Below, one piece after another: positions 1 to 9,709 of a stretch of 64,000 nt of DNA. Source of the DNA: an uncultured virus (IMG/VR IMGVR_UViG_2857251867_000002) (taxonomy: Duplodnaviria > Heunggongvirae > Uroviricota > Caudoviricetes); the IMG/VR virus record IMGVR_UViG_2857251867_000002. The stretch is one strand, 5' to 3'. Made by a program: the position numbers and the translations under genes. Within the stretch, counting starts at the first letter, position 1. Every line of letters starts with the position of its first letter. The notes beneath the pieces were generated by a model that ran no database searches, was not told the origin of the DNA, and saw only the letters and a list, made by a program, of their open reading frames with translations.

Positions 1-1131
1 TTAATACGATTTAATAACTAGCCAATCTTTTCCTCTGTCATCATGATATCTATCGGTTTGCTGTTGGTTTTTATGACCCAGCAAATCTTTAGTGTTTATA
101 CCTTGTGCTCTATATAACCTTTCAGATAAAGATCGTTGTTCATGAAATGTTGCAGGCGTTCCTTCTCCCCAATCAATATCTGTTTTATTTCTCGCCTTTT
201 TAAAGTTAGTCGTTAGCGTATTTGCTGTAACTTGATCACCACGTTTAGATTGTGAAGTGGTATGAAAATAATGAATAAGATAAGGGCTAATAACGCGATC
301 ACGACAACGGGAAACAACATCACGTAATGACATATTTAATTGTTCAGAGCGTAGTGATAATGGAATAGCTAATTTAGTACCCGTTTTCTCTTGAGTAATA
401 TGCAAATGATCATCCCAAATATCATTAAACTTCATTGCGGAAATATCACCTAATCGTTGGCCTGTAATAAGTGCAAGCAACATGGCATTCCCAACATAAC
501 GATGTTGTTTATCAGCAATCTCAAATATCTTTTTCCATTCATCAAAATTAAGGCGTTGGCGAGTTACTTTTCGTTTTGGCTGTTTAGTGGCAAGGGCAGG
601 GTTGTAACCAGGAGGAACTTCACCGGCATGTTGTGCTTCTTTAAACACATCAATTAAAACAGAGCGAATAACTTGAGCCATTCTGTGTTGGCCATTAGAT
701 TTATACTCATCAAGAATTTCAGCAATATCTCTGGCATCAACAGCGGGTAATGGTTTCATGGATAAGGCTTGCCTCATTAAATCTACCGGCTTCCTTTTTT
801 GTTTATAAGTATTCGGCTTTATATCACCTTCCTTTAAACGCTCTTCTTGAATAATCCAGTATTTATCCAACCAAGTATTAACCGTAATTTCTTTACCTTT
901 TATTTTTGCCACCCGATCACCAATAGCCATAACTTGTCGGCTACGTTGTTCCGCTAACCTTGTGTTAGCTTCAATGGCTATTGCTTTCGCCTCGGCTTCA
1001 TTGTCACCGAGGGCATGATATTTACCTGTTACAGGATGGCGGTAACGCCAATAAACCTTGTTAGCTTTACGACTAAATAAAGGGTAAAGATTAGGGATAT
1101 TGACGTTATTTTTACGAGGTCTGGCAGCCAT
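1..1131 (-). CDS. int: Phage tyrosine integrase (lambda/phage 21-like)
   Basis: N-terminal arm-binding domain; catalytic motifs TGQR, FHEQRSLS, LLGHK and RY. Confidence 0.95.
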   Translation of the reverse strand: MAARPRKNNVNIPNLYPLFSRKANKVYWRYRHPVTGKYHALGDNEAEAKAIAIEANTRLAEQRSRQVMAIGDRVAKIKGKEITVNTWLDKYWIIQEERLKEGDIKPNTYKQKRKPVDLMRQALSMKPLPAVDARDIAEILDEYKSNGQHRMAQVIRSVLIDVFKEAQHAGEVPPGYNPALATKQPKRKVTRQRLNFDEWKKIFEIADKQHRYVGNAMLLALITGQRLGDISAMKFNDIWDDHLHITQEKTGTKLAIPLSLRSEQLNMSLRDVVSRCRDRVISPYLIHYFHTTSQSKRGDQVTANTLTTNFKKARNKTDIDWGEGTPATFHEQRSLSERLYRAQGINTKDLLGHKNQQQTDRYHDDRGKDWLVIKSY

Positions 1132-1354
1132 CTTTGAGGATCCTTTGTAAAATAGGGTTATCGTTATTATTGATAACCGGTGATGTCAAATTACCGACAA
1201 GGTCGGCATCTTCTCTCACGCGCCAAATGCCACCTTCTTTCCTTGCTGGTGGATAGAACAGGCCACCACGAGCATATCGTTGTAGCGTTCCTAACTTTGG
1301 TGGACGACTTTTATATCTTTCTTGCGCCCACTCCTCTAAAGTCAACATTTGCAT
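1112..1354 (-). CDS. xis: Excisionase
   Basis: MLTLEEWA...PPARKEGGIWRV; overlaps int start; start moved to ATG behind GGAGAG. Confidence 0.85.
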   Translation of the reverse strand: MQMLTLEEWAQERYKSRPPKLGTLQRYARGGLFYPPARKEGGIWRVREDADLVGNLTSPVINNNDNPILQRILKDGCQTS

Positions 1355-1419
1355 ATTTTTCTCTCCACACTGTCCGTACACAGTTTAAATAGATATTAGT
1401 TGATGCTGGTGGTAATTAT

Positions 1420-1893
1420 TTACTGATTTTCTTTATAGAATGCCATCCAGTGGGTCTTGTCATTTTTCCCTACACGCTGAACAGCTGTTGGTTTTTCATT
1501 AGTTAAAGCTAATATTTGTTTAACGGGTATTTGAGTTTCGCACCACTTAAACAATAAGGTTCCATTTGGCTTTAACACACGAAATGCTTCAGTAAATCCT
1601 TTTTTTAAATCTTCTTTCCATGAGTCTTTATTTAACGAACCATATTTTTTAAACATCCAGCTGTTTTTACCAACTCTAATTAAATGAGGAGGATCAAATA
1701 GCACCTGATAAAATGAATTATCTTGGAAAGGAAGATTTTTAAAATCAGAAATAACATCAGGTGTTATATTTAAAATTCTTCCGTCACATAAAATATGTTC
1801 TTCTACTCTAATATCATTAAATAAAACACGGTCATCTTGTTTATCAAAATAAAACATACGAGAGCCACAACACATATCAAGTATCGGTTTCAC
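1420..1893 (-). CDS. SAM-dependent methyltransferase (probably DNA amino-methyltransferase)
   Basis: ILDMCCGS motif I and FDPPH catalytic-type motif. Confidence 0.8.
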   Translation of the reverse strand: MKPILDMCCGSRMFYFDKQDDRVLFNDIRVEEHILCDGRILNITPDVISDFKNLPFQDNSFYQVLFDPPHLIRVGKNSWMFKKYGSLNKDSWKEDLKKGFTEAFRVLKPNGTLLFKWCETQIPVKQILALTNEKPTAVQRVGKNDKTHWMAFYKENQ

Positions 1894-2098
1894 TCTTAAC
1901 CTCAAATTTAATATTTGAATCTTTATTTATCGATAATCTTAAACACGTCTTGTCATGATAATAAGATAATAGATCCTCTTCTTTTTGTAGATCTATTGAT
2001 GCTTCATTTCCCCAATATCTTAAATACCTAATTCGATACCAGCTATTACCAATTTTAATAACATCATTGGGATTTAATTGGTTTATTGATTTATCCAT
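1877..2098 (-). CDS. Hypothetical phage protein
   Basis: ORF tightly packed in left-arm operon. Confidence 0.6.
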   Translation of the reverse strand: MDKSINQLNPNDVIKIGNSWYRIRYLRYWGNEASIDLQKEEDLLSYYHDKTCLRLSINKDSNIKFEVKSETDT

Positions 2099-2100
2099 TA

Positions 2101-2745
2101 TTAAATCCTTTTAAACTCAATAACCCACACCCACGGATTAGATGACCAACTTCCATCTCCATATATTTCCTCCCATAAAGTAGGGAATTGATCACTAGGG
2201 GTAAGAGCCTTATCGGGAGTTCCACCTCCACGCCCATACCAACAGCCTTCAGATTTTGCATCATCGTTACTGATATCATTCAATCGTTCAACACGAACAT
2301 CAGTAATTTCTAATGTAATGCGTGAAGCCCAGCGAGGCATGTGAATAGATGGAGTCCAGCCAACCAATTCATCACCATCCCAAGATGCGCGATGAATACA
2401 ATATTCTGACTTACGGAAGTGTTCAGGTATCATGCTTAATTGCGAGTCTTTACATCCGTAAAACTCAACATCACCCCAAGTTCCATCGCGAGGTGCATCA
2501 GGCATCCATGTTTCACGAACCCAAAGGTGATCACCAGCTTTACCAAGGGGACATAAATTATATTTTGGAGCATCCAACACATGCGTAGTTGTGCCACTTC
2601 TTGTTTTGGTCGGTTTTTTTAGCCACATTCCATTATCAGGCATTACATTTTTAACGATGCGCCGTGTTTGAGTTTTACGCCCATCTAAAATGGCACGCAC
2701 CATTTCAGAATTAAAAATAATTCCACGCTCTTTCATATCACCCAC
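2101..2745 (-). CDS. Conserved phage protein (ASCH-like N-terminus)
   Basis: MKERGIIFNSEMVRAILDGRKTQTRR and WTPSIHMPRWASRI motifs. Confidence 0.75.
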   Translation of the reverse strand: MGDMKERGIIFNSEMVRAILDGRKTQTRRIVKNVMPDNGMWLKKPTKTRSGTTTHVLDAPKYNLCPLGKAGDHLWVRETWMPDAPRDGTWGDVEFYGCKDSQLSMIPEHFRKSEYCIHRASWDGDELVGWTPSIHMPRWASRITLEITDVRVERLNDISNDDAKSEGCWYGRGGGTPDKALTPSDQFPTLWEEIYGDGSWSSNPWVWVIEFKRI

Positions 2746-3193
2746 CTATGTATGTGGCTGTTCTAATACGCTGGTAGATTTCGTGTGCTTGAATTCTCTC
2801 TTCGCCGATATCGCAAGCACAGAAATATTCATAAGCTGTTTTTTCAGCTTCTCGATGGGCTTTTAAAAACTGTTCTTTTAATTGATATTTTGAAGAGCGT
2901 AACCAAAGGCAGACGGGTCCATCTTCACTTTCGTATATAGATCCAATAAACCAGCCTTCACCAGGAGGTTCCGTTGGCATCCAAGCTGATACATTAGGGT
3001 TACCGTGGGTGAAATAGTTTTGGAAAACAGGTGTATTCTCTCCGACATCTTCACTCATATAAATACAGCGTTGCTCTAATTGGTTATCCGTTACCCACTG
3101 CATAATTTCATTACTATCTTCGGAATATGGCAGTTCTGAATGAGCCCAATAACCATTTTCATCATATTCTACAAATTCTGGAGTAATTGACAT
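2738..3193 (-). CDS. Hypothetical phage protein
   Basis: ORF with GGAGG RBS in left-arm operon. Confidence 0.7.
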   Translation of the reverse strand: MSITPEFVEYDENGYWAHSELPYSEDSNEIMQWVTDNQLEQRCIYMSEDVGENTPVFQNYFTHGNPNVSAWMPTEPPGEGWFIGSIYESEDGPVCLWLRSSKYQLKEQFLKAHREAEKTAYEYFCACDIGEERIQAHEIYQRIRTATYIGG

Positions 3194-3201
3194 AAAGCCT
3201 C

Positions 3202-3699
3202 CTAAATCACATTAATTAAATGGCGTGGATACATAAGCCCAATCGGTGCGAAAGGGATATCATCTTCAAAATCCATTAGTGGCTGATTGTTTTTGACTTG
3301 AGGTTGAGCTGGTGGCTGATTTTGCTGTGCCGGTTGTGAACCTACTGATTTACTAGCACCACCTAGCATTTGCATCGAACCACCAACCTTTACAACAATT
3401 TCTGTTGTATAGCGTTTAACACCGTTATCATCCCATTCGCGGGTTTGTAATTGCCCCTCGATATAAACTTGAGAGCCTTTGCACAAATAGCCACTGGCGA
3501 TATCTGCGAGTTTTCCAAACAGAACGACACGGTGCCATTCTGTCTTTTCTCGGTTTTCACCCGTTTGTTTATCTCGCCACTTTTCTGATGTGGCCACAGC
3601 TAAATTGGCAACAGCACCACCAGAAGGCAGGTAGCGAATTTCAGGATCGCGCCCTAAATTGCCGATAAGAATTACTTTGTTTACTGATCCGTTAGCCAT
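3202..3699 (-). CDS. ssb: Single-stranded DNA-binding protein
   Basis: [16 protein letters not shown]-terminus and DDIPF tail motif. Confidence 0.95.
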   Translation of the reverse strand: MANGSVNKVILIGNLGRDPEIRYLPSGGAVANLAVATSEKWRDKQTGENREKTEWHRVVLFGKLADIASGYLCKGSQVYIEGQLQTREWDDNGVKRYTTEIVVKVGGSMQMLGGASKSVGSQPAQQNQPPAQPQVKNNQPLMDFEDDIPFAPIGLMYPRHLINVI

Positions 3700-3757
3700 T
3701 TTCAGTTATTCCTATTTGAGTAAAATCGCCACCAATAAGATGGCGATTAATTAATAA

Positions 3758-4585
3758 TTAAGCTGAAAACTTGCCAATGAATGTTTCGATTTCACTTTCA
3801 TCGAATTCATCACAAAGCAGACTGCGAAACTCTTGAGCAATTTGTTCTTCAAGGTTTTCAAGTTGAACAATACGGAGCACTAAAGTAGGAACATCACCGC
3901 CAGTAAGCACGCTATAACGCAATTTAATGCTACGTTCTTTTAATTCGTCATACGGAGTGCATGTGAACTGGAATGCAGTAGGCATAACATCTTTGCTTCT
4001 TGCTTCAACATTTTCTAATACTGAACGCTTGGCACTAAAATCGTGATCTTCATGTTCGGCAGAGCGTGTTGATTCAATCGTAATACGGCGAACAGCAGAA
4101 ATAGCTTGTTTGATATCTAAAACATTACCTTCTGCATCGAACGCCATTAAATAATCACGCCAGTCTTCTAACCATTCCGCTAATTCTTTTTGACGATGTT
4201 TAACACCATCAATTTTTAATAGTGCTGCGAATGGGGCTGTTTGTTTTAATTTCACAAGAGCCGTATTATCAGCATGACCAGGCTCACCAATTGTGCCGAT
4301 ATTAAAAATAGTTTTGGCACTCATTTCATCAGCATCAATAAAGCAGCTAACACCTTCATCAATTGCATTCTTGATTGAGTATTTAACAAAATCACTGATG
4401 CTTGTTGTTTTCATTTCACCACGGAAACGGAAGCGACCTTCTTGTAAGTTTTCTAAACTACTTACTTTAAAGTCATTAGGAAGGACAATGGCAGGGCAAA
4501 GAGACTTCTCTATTGCATCGAGACTTAATGAAGCCACCGCCATATTTTGAATTTGCGAAATAGCATTACCGTCTAATTGAGACAT
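3758..4585 (-). CDS. DUF2303 / YfdQ-like phage protein
   Basis: Sequence resembles the family; typical pairing with the upstream ~124 aa gene. Confidence 0.75.
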   Translation of the reverse strand: MSQLDGNAISQIQNMAVASLSLDAIEKSLCPAIVLPNDFKVSSLENLQEGRFRFRGEMKTTSISDFVKYSIKNAIDEGVSCFIDADEMSAKTIFNIGTIGEPGHADNTALVKLKQTAPFAALLKIDGVKHRQKELAEWLEDWRDYLMAFDAEGNVLDIKQAISAVRRITIESTRSAEHEDHDFSAKRSVLENVEARSKDVMPTAFQFTCTPYDELKERSIKLRYSVLTGGDVPTLVLRIVQLENLEEQIAQEFRSLLCDEFDESEIETFIGKFSA

Positions 4586-4650
4586 GAATAAACTCCTACT
4601 TATTTAAAAGCATTAAATTAAATGGATAGGTTTAATTAAAAATAAGGAAA

Positions 4651-5025
4651 CTAATTAACAGATTTTAATTTCCCGTCGGGCTGACCCTGCAAAGAAAATA
4701 ATTGACCTTGGTCTTCTTGCATAATGGTCAACTTACCACCTTTACCCACGTACATTGGCGTTTTGGTGGTGTCTTCTTCAGCCCGTTTTCCGCGTGGTGT
4801 TGGTGCAGAGAATTTAAGTTTATGAGTTATTTCAACTCGTTTTTCTTCCATTGAATTACTAAGGCGAGCAATATCTAATTCAATAGTGACCTTGCCTTTT
4901 CCACCATTATTTAAAACGCCTAAAGCCACATCATTTAAAACAGCAGAGACTTTATTTTCAAAAACGCCAGCGTCCAATTCAGAAAGAAAGTCGGGAACAT
5001 TTGTTTTGCGATCTTCTTGGCTCAT
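4651..5025 (-). CDS. Conserved phage protein (YfdP-like)
   Basis: TNVPDFLSELDAGVF...TPMYVGKGGKL; first gene of the left operon. Confidence 0.7.
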   Translation of the reverse strand: MSQEDRKTNVPDFLSELDAGVFENKVSAVLNDVALGVLNNGGKGKVTIELDIARLSNSMEEKRVEITHKLKFSAPTPRGKRAEEDTTKTPMYVGKGGKLTIMQEDQGQLFSLQGQPDGKLKSVN

Positions 5026-5208
5026 TTCTATAACCTCACGTTATCACTTCACTCTATAAAAATGGCTGACTGAGCAGAACATTATCACCACACCCCCGTT
5101 AATGGTTAAGACTCAGCCAGCCATTGTTTCTCTTCACACGTTCTCTTCACACATAAAAATCATTTACTTTGTATACAAACTTGCTTCTGAGATAACAATA
5201 ATGCAAAT

Positions 5209-5245
5209 TTGCACATTGCGCAATATCAATTTGCGAAATTCACAA
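5209..5245. promoter_or_regulatory. Putative OL operators of prophage 1 (TTGC-N7-GCAA)
   Basis: TTGCACATTGCGCAA at 5209 and TTGCGAAATTCACAA at 5231; same motif between cI and cro. Confidence 0.65.
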
Positions 5246-5255
5246 TTTAGTGGGC

Positions 5256-5283
5256 AAAAAAAAGCCTGAAATATGTTCAGGCT
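5256..5283 (-). terminator. Intrinsic terminator after cI
   Basis: AGCCTGAA/TTCAGGCT stem with T-run on minus strand. Confidence 0.7.
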
Positions 5284-5305
5284 GTTTATGCAAATGATAG
5301 TTTTG

Positions 5306-5995
5306 TTATGCGTGGCGTCTATATTCGTGGCTTTGGCTGATTAAAACCTTCCCATGAACACAAAATCTATGCTCATTTGAACTATTTATTTTCCACTGTG
5401 TATATTTAGGGTTATCAGAGAGAACAATTACTTCATCGGGAACTATCTGAAGGCGTTTTACGTGTATGTTTCCATCAAAAGAAAACACATAAATACCATC
5501 ACCATCAATATAATCTATCGAAATATCAACAAAAATAAGGTCGCCGGGTTCTATTGTACCCGACATGCTATCACCACGAACATTGATAACTTTTACTGAG
5601 TGCGCAGGGCGGGAACCAAATAGTAACCTAGCTTGCTCTGTATCATATTCAATGGAATGAATGACATCTATGACATCACTTGTTCTCACGCAACCTGGCC
5701 CTGCACTCGCGCTAATATCAAGTAGTTGCACTTTATAAAGATCCTCGTTTATTACGTCATGATTCAAATCACTGTGTTTATATACAGTATGATTATCACC
5801 ATCTGAAAATAAATCAAGTAAAGATATTGATAGTGCGTCAGCAATTTTTCTTAATTGTTGTTCAGTAAACGATTTTTGTTTGCCAGTTTCAAGACGAGAC
5901 ACATTGCCCGGATCGCTATCAATAGCGTTAGCCAGTTCAGCAATTGTCATATTCCGTTCTAAGCGGATTGATCTGATTTTTTTTCCTATTTCCAT
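5306..5995 (-). CDS. cI: CI-like repressor (HTH + S24 peptidase)
   Basis: N-terminal HTH; SAG cleavage site, GDSM and VKRL motifs. Confidence 0.92.
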   Translation of the reverse strand: MEIGKKIRSIRLERNMTIAELANAIDSDPGNVSRLETGKQKSFTEQQLRKIADALSISLLDLFSDGDNHTVYKHSDLNHDVINEDLYKVQLLDISASAGPGCVRTSDVIDVIHSIEYDTEQARLLFGSRPAHSVKVINVRGDSMSGTIEPGDLIFVDISIDYIDGDGIYVFSFDGNIHVKRLQIVPDEVIVLSDNPKYTQWKINSSNEHRFCVHGKVLISQSHEYRRHA

Positions 5996-6015
5996 GCCTT
6001 AATTACAAATCCTTT

Positions 6016-6078
6016 TTGCGTTATTTGCAAAGTAAATTGCGCAAATTGAATTGGTGTTATATTATGCTTAAAACGCAA
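6016..6078. promoter_or_regulatory. Putative OR operators of prophage 1
   Basis: Three TTGC-N7-GCAA-like 15-mers at 6016, 6037 and 6064 between divergent cI and cro. Confidence 0.65.
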
Positions 6079-6092
6079 ATTAAGGAGGCGTA

Positions 6093-6308
6093 ATGCAAAC
6101 ACCACTGAGAGCTTTGCGAATAAAGCAAAATCTTACATTAAGTAAAGTTGCTGAAGCTGTTCAAATTGATGTGGGAAATCTTAGCCGTATTGAACGAGGT
6201 GCCCAAAAAACCTCATTAGAGGTCGCAGAACGATTGGTTGCTTTTTTCAACGGTGAGTTAACAGAAATGCAAATTTTGTATCCGAAGAAGTTCAGCAATT
6301 ACAAATAA
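6093..6308 (+). CDS. cro: Cro-like HTH regulator
   Basis: Small HTH protein divergent from cI, GGAGG RBS. Confidence 0.85.
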   Translation: MQTPLRALRIKQNLTLSKVAEAVQIDVGNLSRIERGAQKTSLEVAERLVAFFNGELTEMQILYPKKFSNYK

Positions 6309-6381
6309 GCTACTTCTTATTTTTTAAATATGTAACTACAAAATATCTTCAGTAAGGGTAGGAATGAGTCACTCAATAAAA

Positions 6382-6813
6382 TTAACGGCGCTTAATAAAA
6401 ACCATAAGGTTATTGATATTGGGGATCATCTCTGCAGGGTTCCTAATAACAGGATAAATCCAATCGTTCTCATAAAGCTCATTGCTTTTAAGAGTATCAA
6501 AAAAGCTGTCTACGGCATGGTTATAGTTGTTGCATTGTCTTGTGGTCAAGTGAGGGCGCAAAGCTCTGAAGTCATCACGAGTGATACGAGGCATGTCTCT
6601 TTTCCCGTTTTTACAGTCGTCGAGGAATTTATCAAGAAGTAAGAACAACGGATCTGCAATGGTGTTGAATTCCTTTCTTTTGTCTCTTTTCCGTGCGAGG
6701 GAGTGACCAAGCCAAGTTCCCAAAAAAAAGGAAAAAATAGCCCAAAAGAAAGTAATAAGGCTGAGGCTAGTTTTGAGAAACAAGACCAGGTGACCCAAGA
6801 AGACATCGAGCAT
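6382..6813 (-). CDS. Putative membrane protein (moron) inserted between cro and cII-like gene
   Basis: 143 aa ORF with N-terminal hydrophobic helix followed by a basic patch. Confidence 0.6.
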   Translation of the reverse strand: MLDVFLGHLVLFLKTSLSLITFFWAIFSFFLGTWLGHSLARKRDKRKEFNTIADPLFLLLDKFLDDCKNGKRDMPRITRDDFRALRPHLTTRQCNNYNHAVDSFFDTLKSNELYENDWIYPVIRNPAEMIPNINNLMVFIKRR

Positions 6814-7041
6814 ATTAAATCATCCCTTATCGGTATGTTATTTGCGTCCTTAGTGATGATCCCACTAGGGATAATGTTTAGCGAGCGTATTAGTCCTCGA
6901 ATATTAGCAAAACGTAAGCGCTGGATGAAGCTTCATGAGTTAAAAGCAAAACGGTTTTATAGAAATAATCCAGAAAAGCTTTACATCATGCCACGCAAGA
7001 CTTTTTGCCAATGGCTGTGGTTTTAATAAAGAGAGGTATCT

Positions 7042-7500
7042 ATGAGTAACCAATCAATAAAACAGGTAGTGAAAGAAATGTGTGAGGCAACAGCTGGTGG
7101 GCGTGAGGCAATGGCTGGTGCGCTTGGTCTGTCTTTAACATCGTTCAACAACAAGCTTTATGAGAAAAACGGTTGTCGTTCGTTTGATTTAAACGAGCTG
7201 TTAGCAATGCAGGATATCTCTAAAACCGTTTTGTTTGCTGAGTTTGTTGCTCGTGAATCAAATCGCTTGTTGGTGGATAGAGTCAATCCAGCTGAACTAG
7301 ACACAACCGAGTTATTCACATTACGAAGCAATGTTGACGAAATGCAAGGGCGTTTAGCCTTATTGATGAAAGATAGTTTAGCTGATGGCGTTATTGATGG
7401 TGATGAAGAGCAAAAGATAAAAATGATGTTGGATGGATTAATTTCACAGACCCGCACATTTATGAATGCGTTTGTTTCGTTACATCAAAAGAGAAATTAA
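7042..7500 (+). CDS. YmfL-family / CII-like regulator
   Basis: GGREAMAGALG...FNNKLYEKNGCR; paralogue at 43953. Confidence 0.8.
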   Translation: MSNQSIKQVVKEMCEATAGGREAMAGALGLSLTSFNNKLYEKNGCRSFDLNELLAMQDISKTVLFAEFVARESNRLLVDRVNPAELDTTELFTLRSNVDEMQGRLALLMKDSLADGVIDGDEEQKIKMMLDGLISQTRTFMNAFVSLHQKRN

Positions 7501-7588
7501 AGATGGCTATATCCAGAAAGGGTGAAGCCAAAGGTGTACGGCCTCTGGCTTCGGTTTGCAAATTTCAATTGTGTGAAGAGAAATTAGC

Positions 7589-7798
7589 ATGAGTAGATTA
7601 GCGCATTTAATACCTAAAAAGCAATTCCGTTGTTTACCTGTCTCGGGTAGTCAGTCGTTCCGCTATGTAGAAATCATAGCCTCTGACGAACAACCAGACA
7701 ACTACCAACAAAAAACAGATTTGGTAGATAGACAGTCGCTTAAAAAGGCATGGGCTGATTTTTATTTTTCAAGTGGAGAGCGGGGCAATGAGCAATGA
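7589..7798 (+). CDS. Conserved small phage protein
   Basis: Paralogue at 44492 with identical N-terminus. Confidence 0.65.
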   Translation: MSRLAHLIPKKQFRCLPVSGSQSFRYVEIIASDEQPDNYQQKTDLVDRQSLKKAWADFYFSSGERGNEQ

Positions 7799-7967
7799 GA
7801 ACCCAAACCAACTTGATCGCTATTACAAAAATCACAGGGGTATCGTTGTTCATGTTGTCCGTTATGACAGAGAAAAACAGCGAGTTATTTTTATGCTCGA
7901 TGGTTGTGACGATCCGCAATGTGAACCCTTGCAACGATTTAAAGAGAAGTACACACGTATTAAGTAA
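7788..7967 (+). CDS. DUF4222-like phage protein
   Basis: RYYKNHRGIVVHVVRYD...F.EKYTR; paralogue at 44691. Confidence 0.7.
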   Translation: MSNENPNQLDRYYKNHRGIVVHVVRYDREKQRVIFMLDGCDDPQCEPLQRFKEKYTRIK

Positions 7968-7979
7968 TGAGGTGGCAAG

Positions 7980-9074
7980 ATGAGTTTATTATTACTAAAA
8001 AGTCGCCCTTTAGTCGTTATTCCTGAATTAGCGGTACGCCTTGGTTTAAATGAGGCGATGCTGTTACAGCAAATTCAATATTGGCTAACTGAAACTACTT
8101 CAGGTGTTGAATATGACGGCTCACGCTGGATTTATAACACCGTTGAAGAGTGGAAGAATCAATTTCCTTTTTTCTCTGAATCAACGATTAAACGTGCTTT
8201 TACTAATTTAAAAAAGCAGGGCGTTTTACGCATCGAGCAAATCAATAAATCTAACCATGACCGTACTAATTATTATGCGATTAACTACGGTCATCATCTG
8301 CTGACCGATGAGGTCAATATGACCCAATCGAATAGCGATAACTCATCTAATCGAACAGTTCAAAATGACCTTATCGATAAGCGCAAATTGAAACCTTCAA
8401 ACAGTTCAAAATGCGCTGTTCTGAACGGGTCAAAATGGCCTGTTCTTACAGAGAATACAACAGAGATTACTTCAGAGAGTACAACAGAAACAGATCATTC
8501 GTCGCAGAATTCTGGCGAATCCAGCGACCAGCCTAAAAATGATTTTTTAACTCGTTATCCCGAAGCCGTGATTTACAGCGCAAACTTCCAAAAATGGGGT
8601 GATGAAGGTGATTTGAAAACAGCAAAATGGATGTTTGGTCGTGTTAAAAAACTGAATTCATCCGCGCTAGAGCCTACTTGGTATGACTGGGCGAACGATA
8701 TTCGTTTGATGCGCCAAATTGATGGGCGTACTCATGAGCAAATTTGTGCATTATTCGACTGGGCTAACAAAGATTCATTCTGGCACCAAAACATTTTAAG
8801 CCCTCGTAAATTACGTAAACACTTTGATGAGCTGATCGTTCGTAGTCAAAAACCAAAGGATGAGCCAAAGGTTCAAGTTGATACCGTTAAACGTGACAGT
8901 GCATTCTCACGCTTAATTGGTTCTCGTTCTAAACCTCAAAACCGTATTGAAGAAATTGCGCTTGAACTAGCAGGTAAGACAGGTATTCGCCGTATGAGTG
9001 AGTTTTCTGGTCGCCAAGCATGGAACAGTATTTGGAAACAAGCGACTGAAATGTCACAGGAGGCTCAGCAATGA
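7980..9074 (+). CDS. Replication initiator (O-like)
   Basis: Phage rep N-terminus, internal iterons, WANDIRLMR...FWHQNILSP C-domain. Confidence 0.85.
   Translation: MSLLLLKSRPLVVIPELAVRLGLNEAMLLQQIQYWLTETTSGVEYDGSRWIYNTVEEWKNQFPFFSESTIKRAFTNLKKQGVLRIEQINKSNHDRTNYYAINYGHHLLTDEVNMTQSNSDNSSNRTVQNDLIDKRKLKPSNSSKCAVLNGSKWPVLTENTTEITSESTTETDHSSQNSGESSDQPKNDFLTRYPEAVIYSANFQKWGDEGDLKTAKWMFGRVKKLNSSALEPTWYDWANDIRLMRQIDGRTHEQICALFDWANKDSFWHQNILSPRKLRKHFDELIVRSQKPKDEPKVQVDTVKRDSAFSRLIGSRSKPQNRIEEIALELAGKTGIRRMSEFSGRQAWNSIWKQATEMSQEAQQ
8311..8446 (+). repeat. Putative replication origin iterons
   Basis: About five (GG/AG)TCAAAATG-like repeats inside the rep gene. Confidence 0.6.
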
Positions 9075-9709
9075 TTGATTACGCACTGAAATTACAGGAA
9101 TTAAAAAGTCAACCTGCTCATAAATTAAAAGAAATTGGTGACCAATGGCGATCACCAGATAACCTTTACTATGGCATTAACTCTAAATATGGACCATTTA
9201 CTTTAGATTTATTCACTGATGGTCAAAACAGTAAATGCCCACACTTCTACACAGCGGAAGATAATGCGCTCACTCAAGACTGGTCAGAAAAGCTGAAAGA
9301 AATCGGCGGTTCAGCATTTGGCAACCCTCCTTACTCACGTAGTTCATATCACGAAGATCAACCTTTAACAGGGGTTGGTCACATCATGAGTAAAGCATCA
9401 GCTATGCGTGAAAAATCCGGACGATATGTTTTTTTATTAAAAGCAGCTACGTCAGAAACATGGTGGCCAGAAGATGCAGATCATGTGTGCTTTATTCGTG
9501 GGCGTGTCGGCTTTGACGTTCCTGAGTGGTTTGTTCCAGCCGATGAAAAACAGAAACCTACAGGTGCATTCTTTGCTGGCGCGATCGTTTTATTTGATAA
9601 GACATGGACGGGTAAAAAATTCGATTACATTCATCGTGATGAATTAGAGCAAATCGGTAAAACATTTGTTGAACAGGCTAAATGGCTTGTATCGAGAGGT
9701 GTTGCATGA
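9071..9709 (+). CDS. Phage N6-adenine DNA methyltransferase
   Basis: DQWRSP, FTLDLF and GNPPYS motifs. Confidence 0.9.
   Translation: MIDYALKLQELKSQPAHKLKEIGDQWRSPDNLYYGINSKYGPFTLDLFTDGQNSKCPHFYTAEDNALTQDWSEKLKEIGGSAFGNPPYSRSSYHEDQPLTGVGHIMSKASAMREKSGRYVFLLKAATSETWWPEDADHVCFIRGRVGFDVPEWFVPADEKQKPTGAFFAGAIVLFDKTWTGKKFDYIHRDELEQIGKTFVEQAKWLVSRGVA

Noticed and set aside
6364..6642. 92 aa plus-strand ORF as an independent gene
   Set aside because: Its start looks like the orphaned cII-like start and the rest is antisense to the 6382-6813 ORF.
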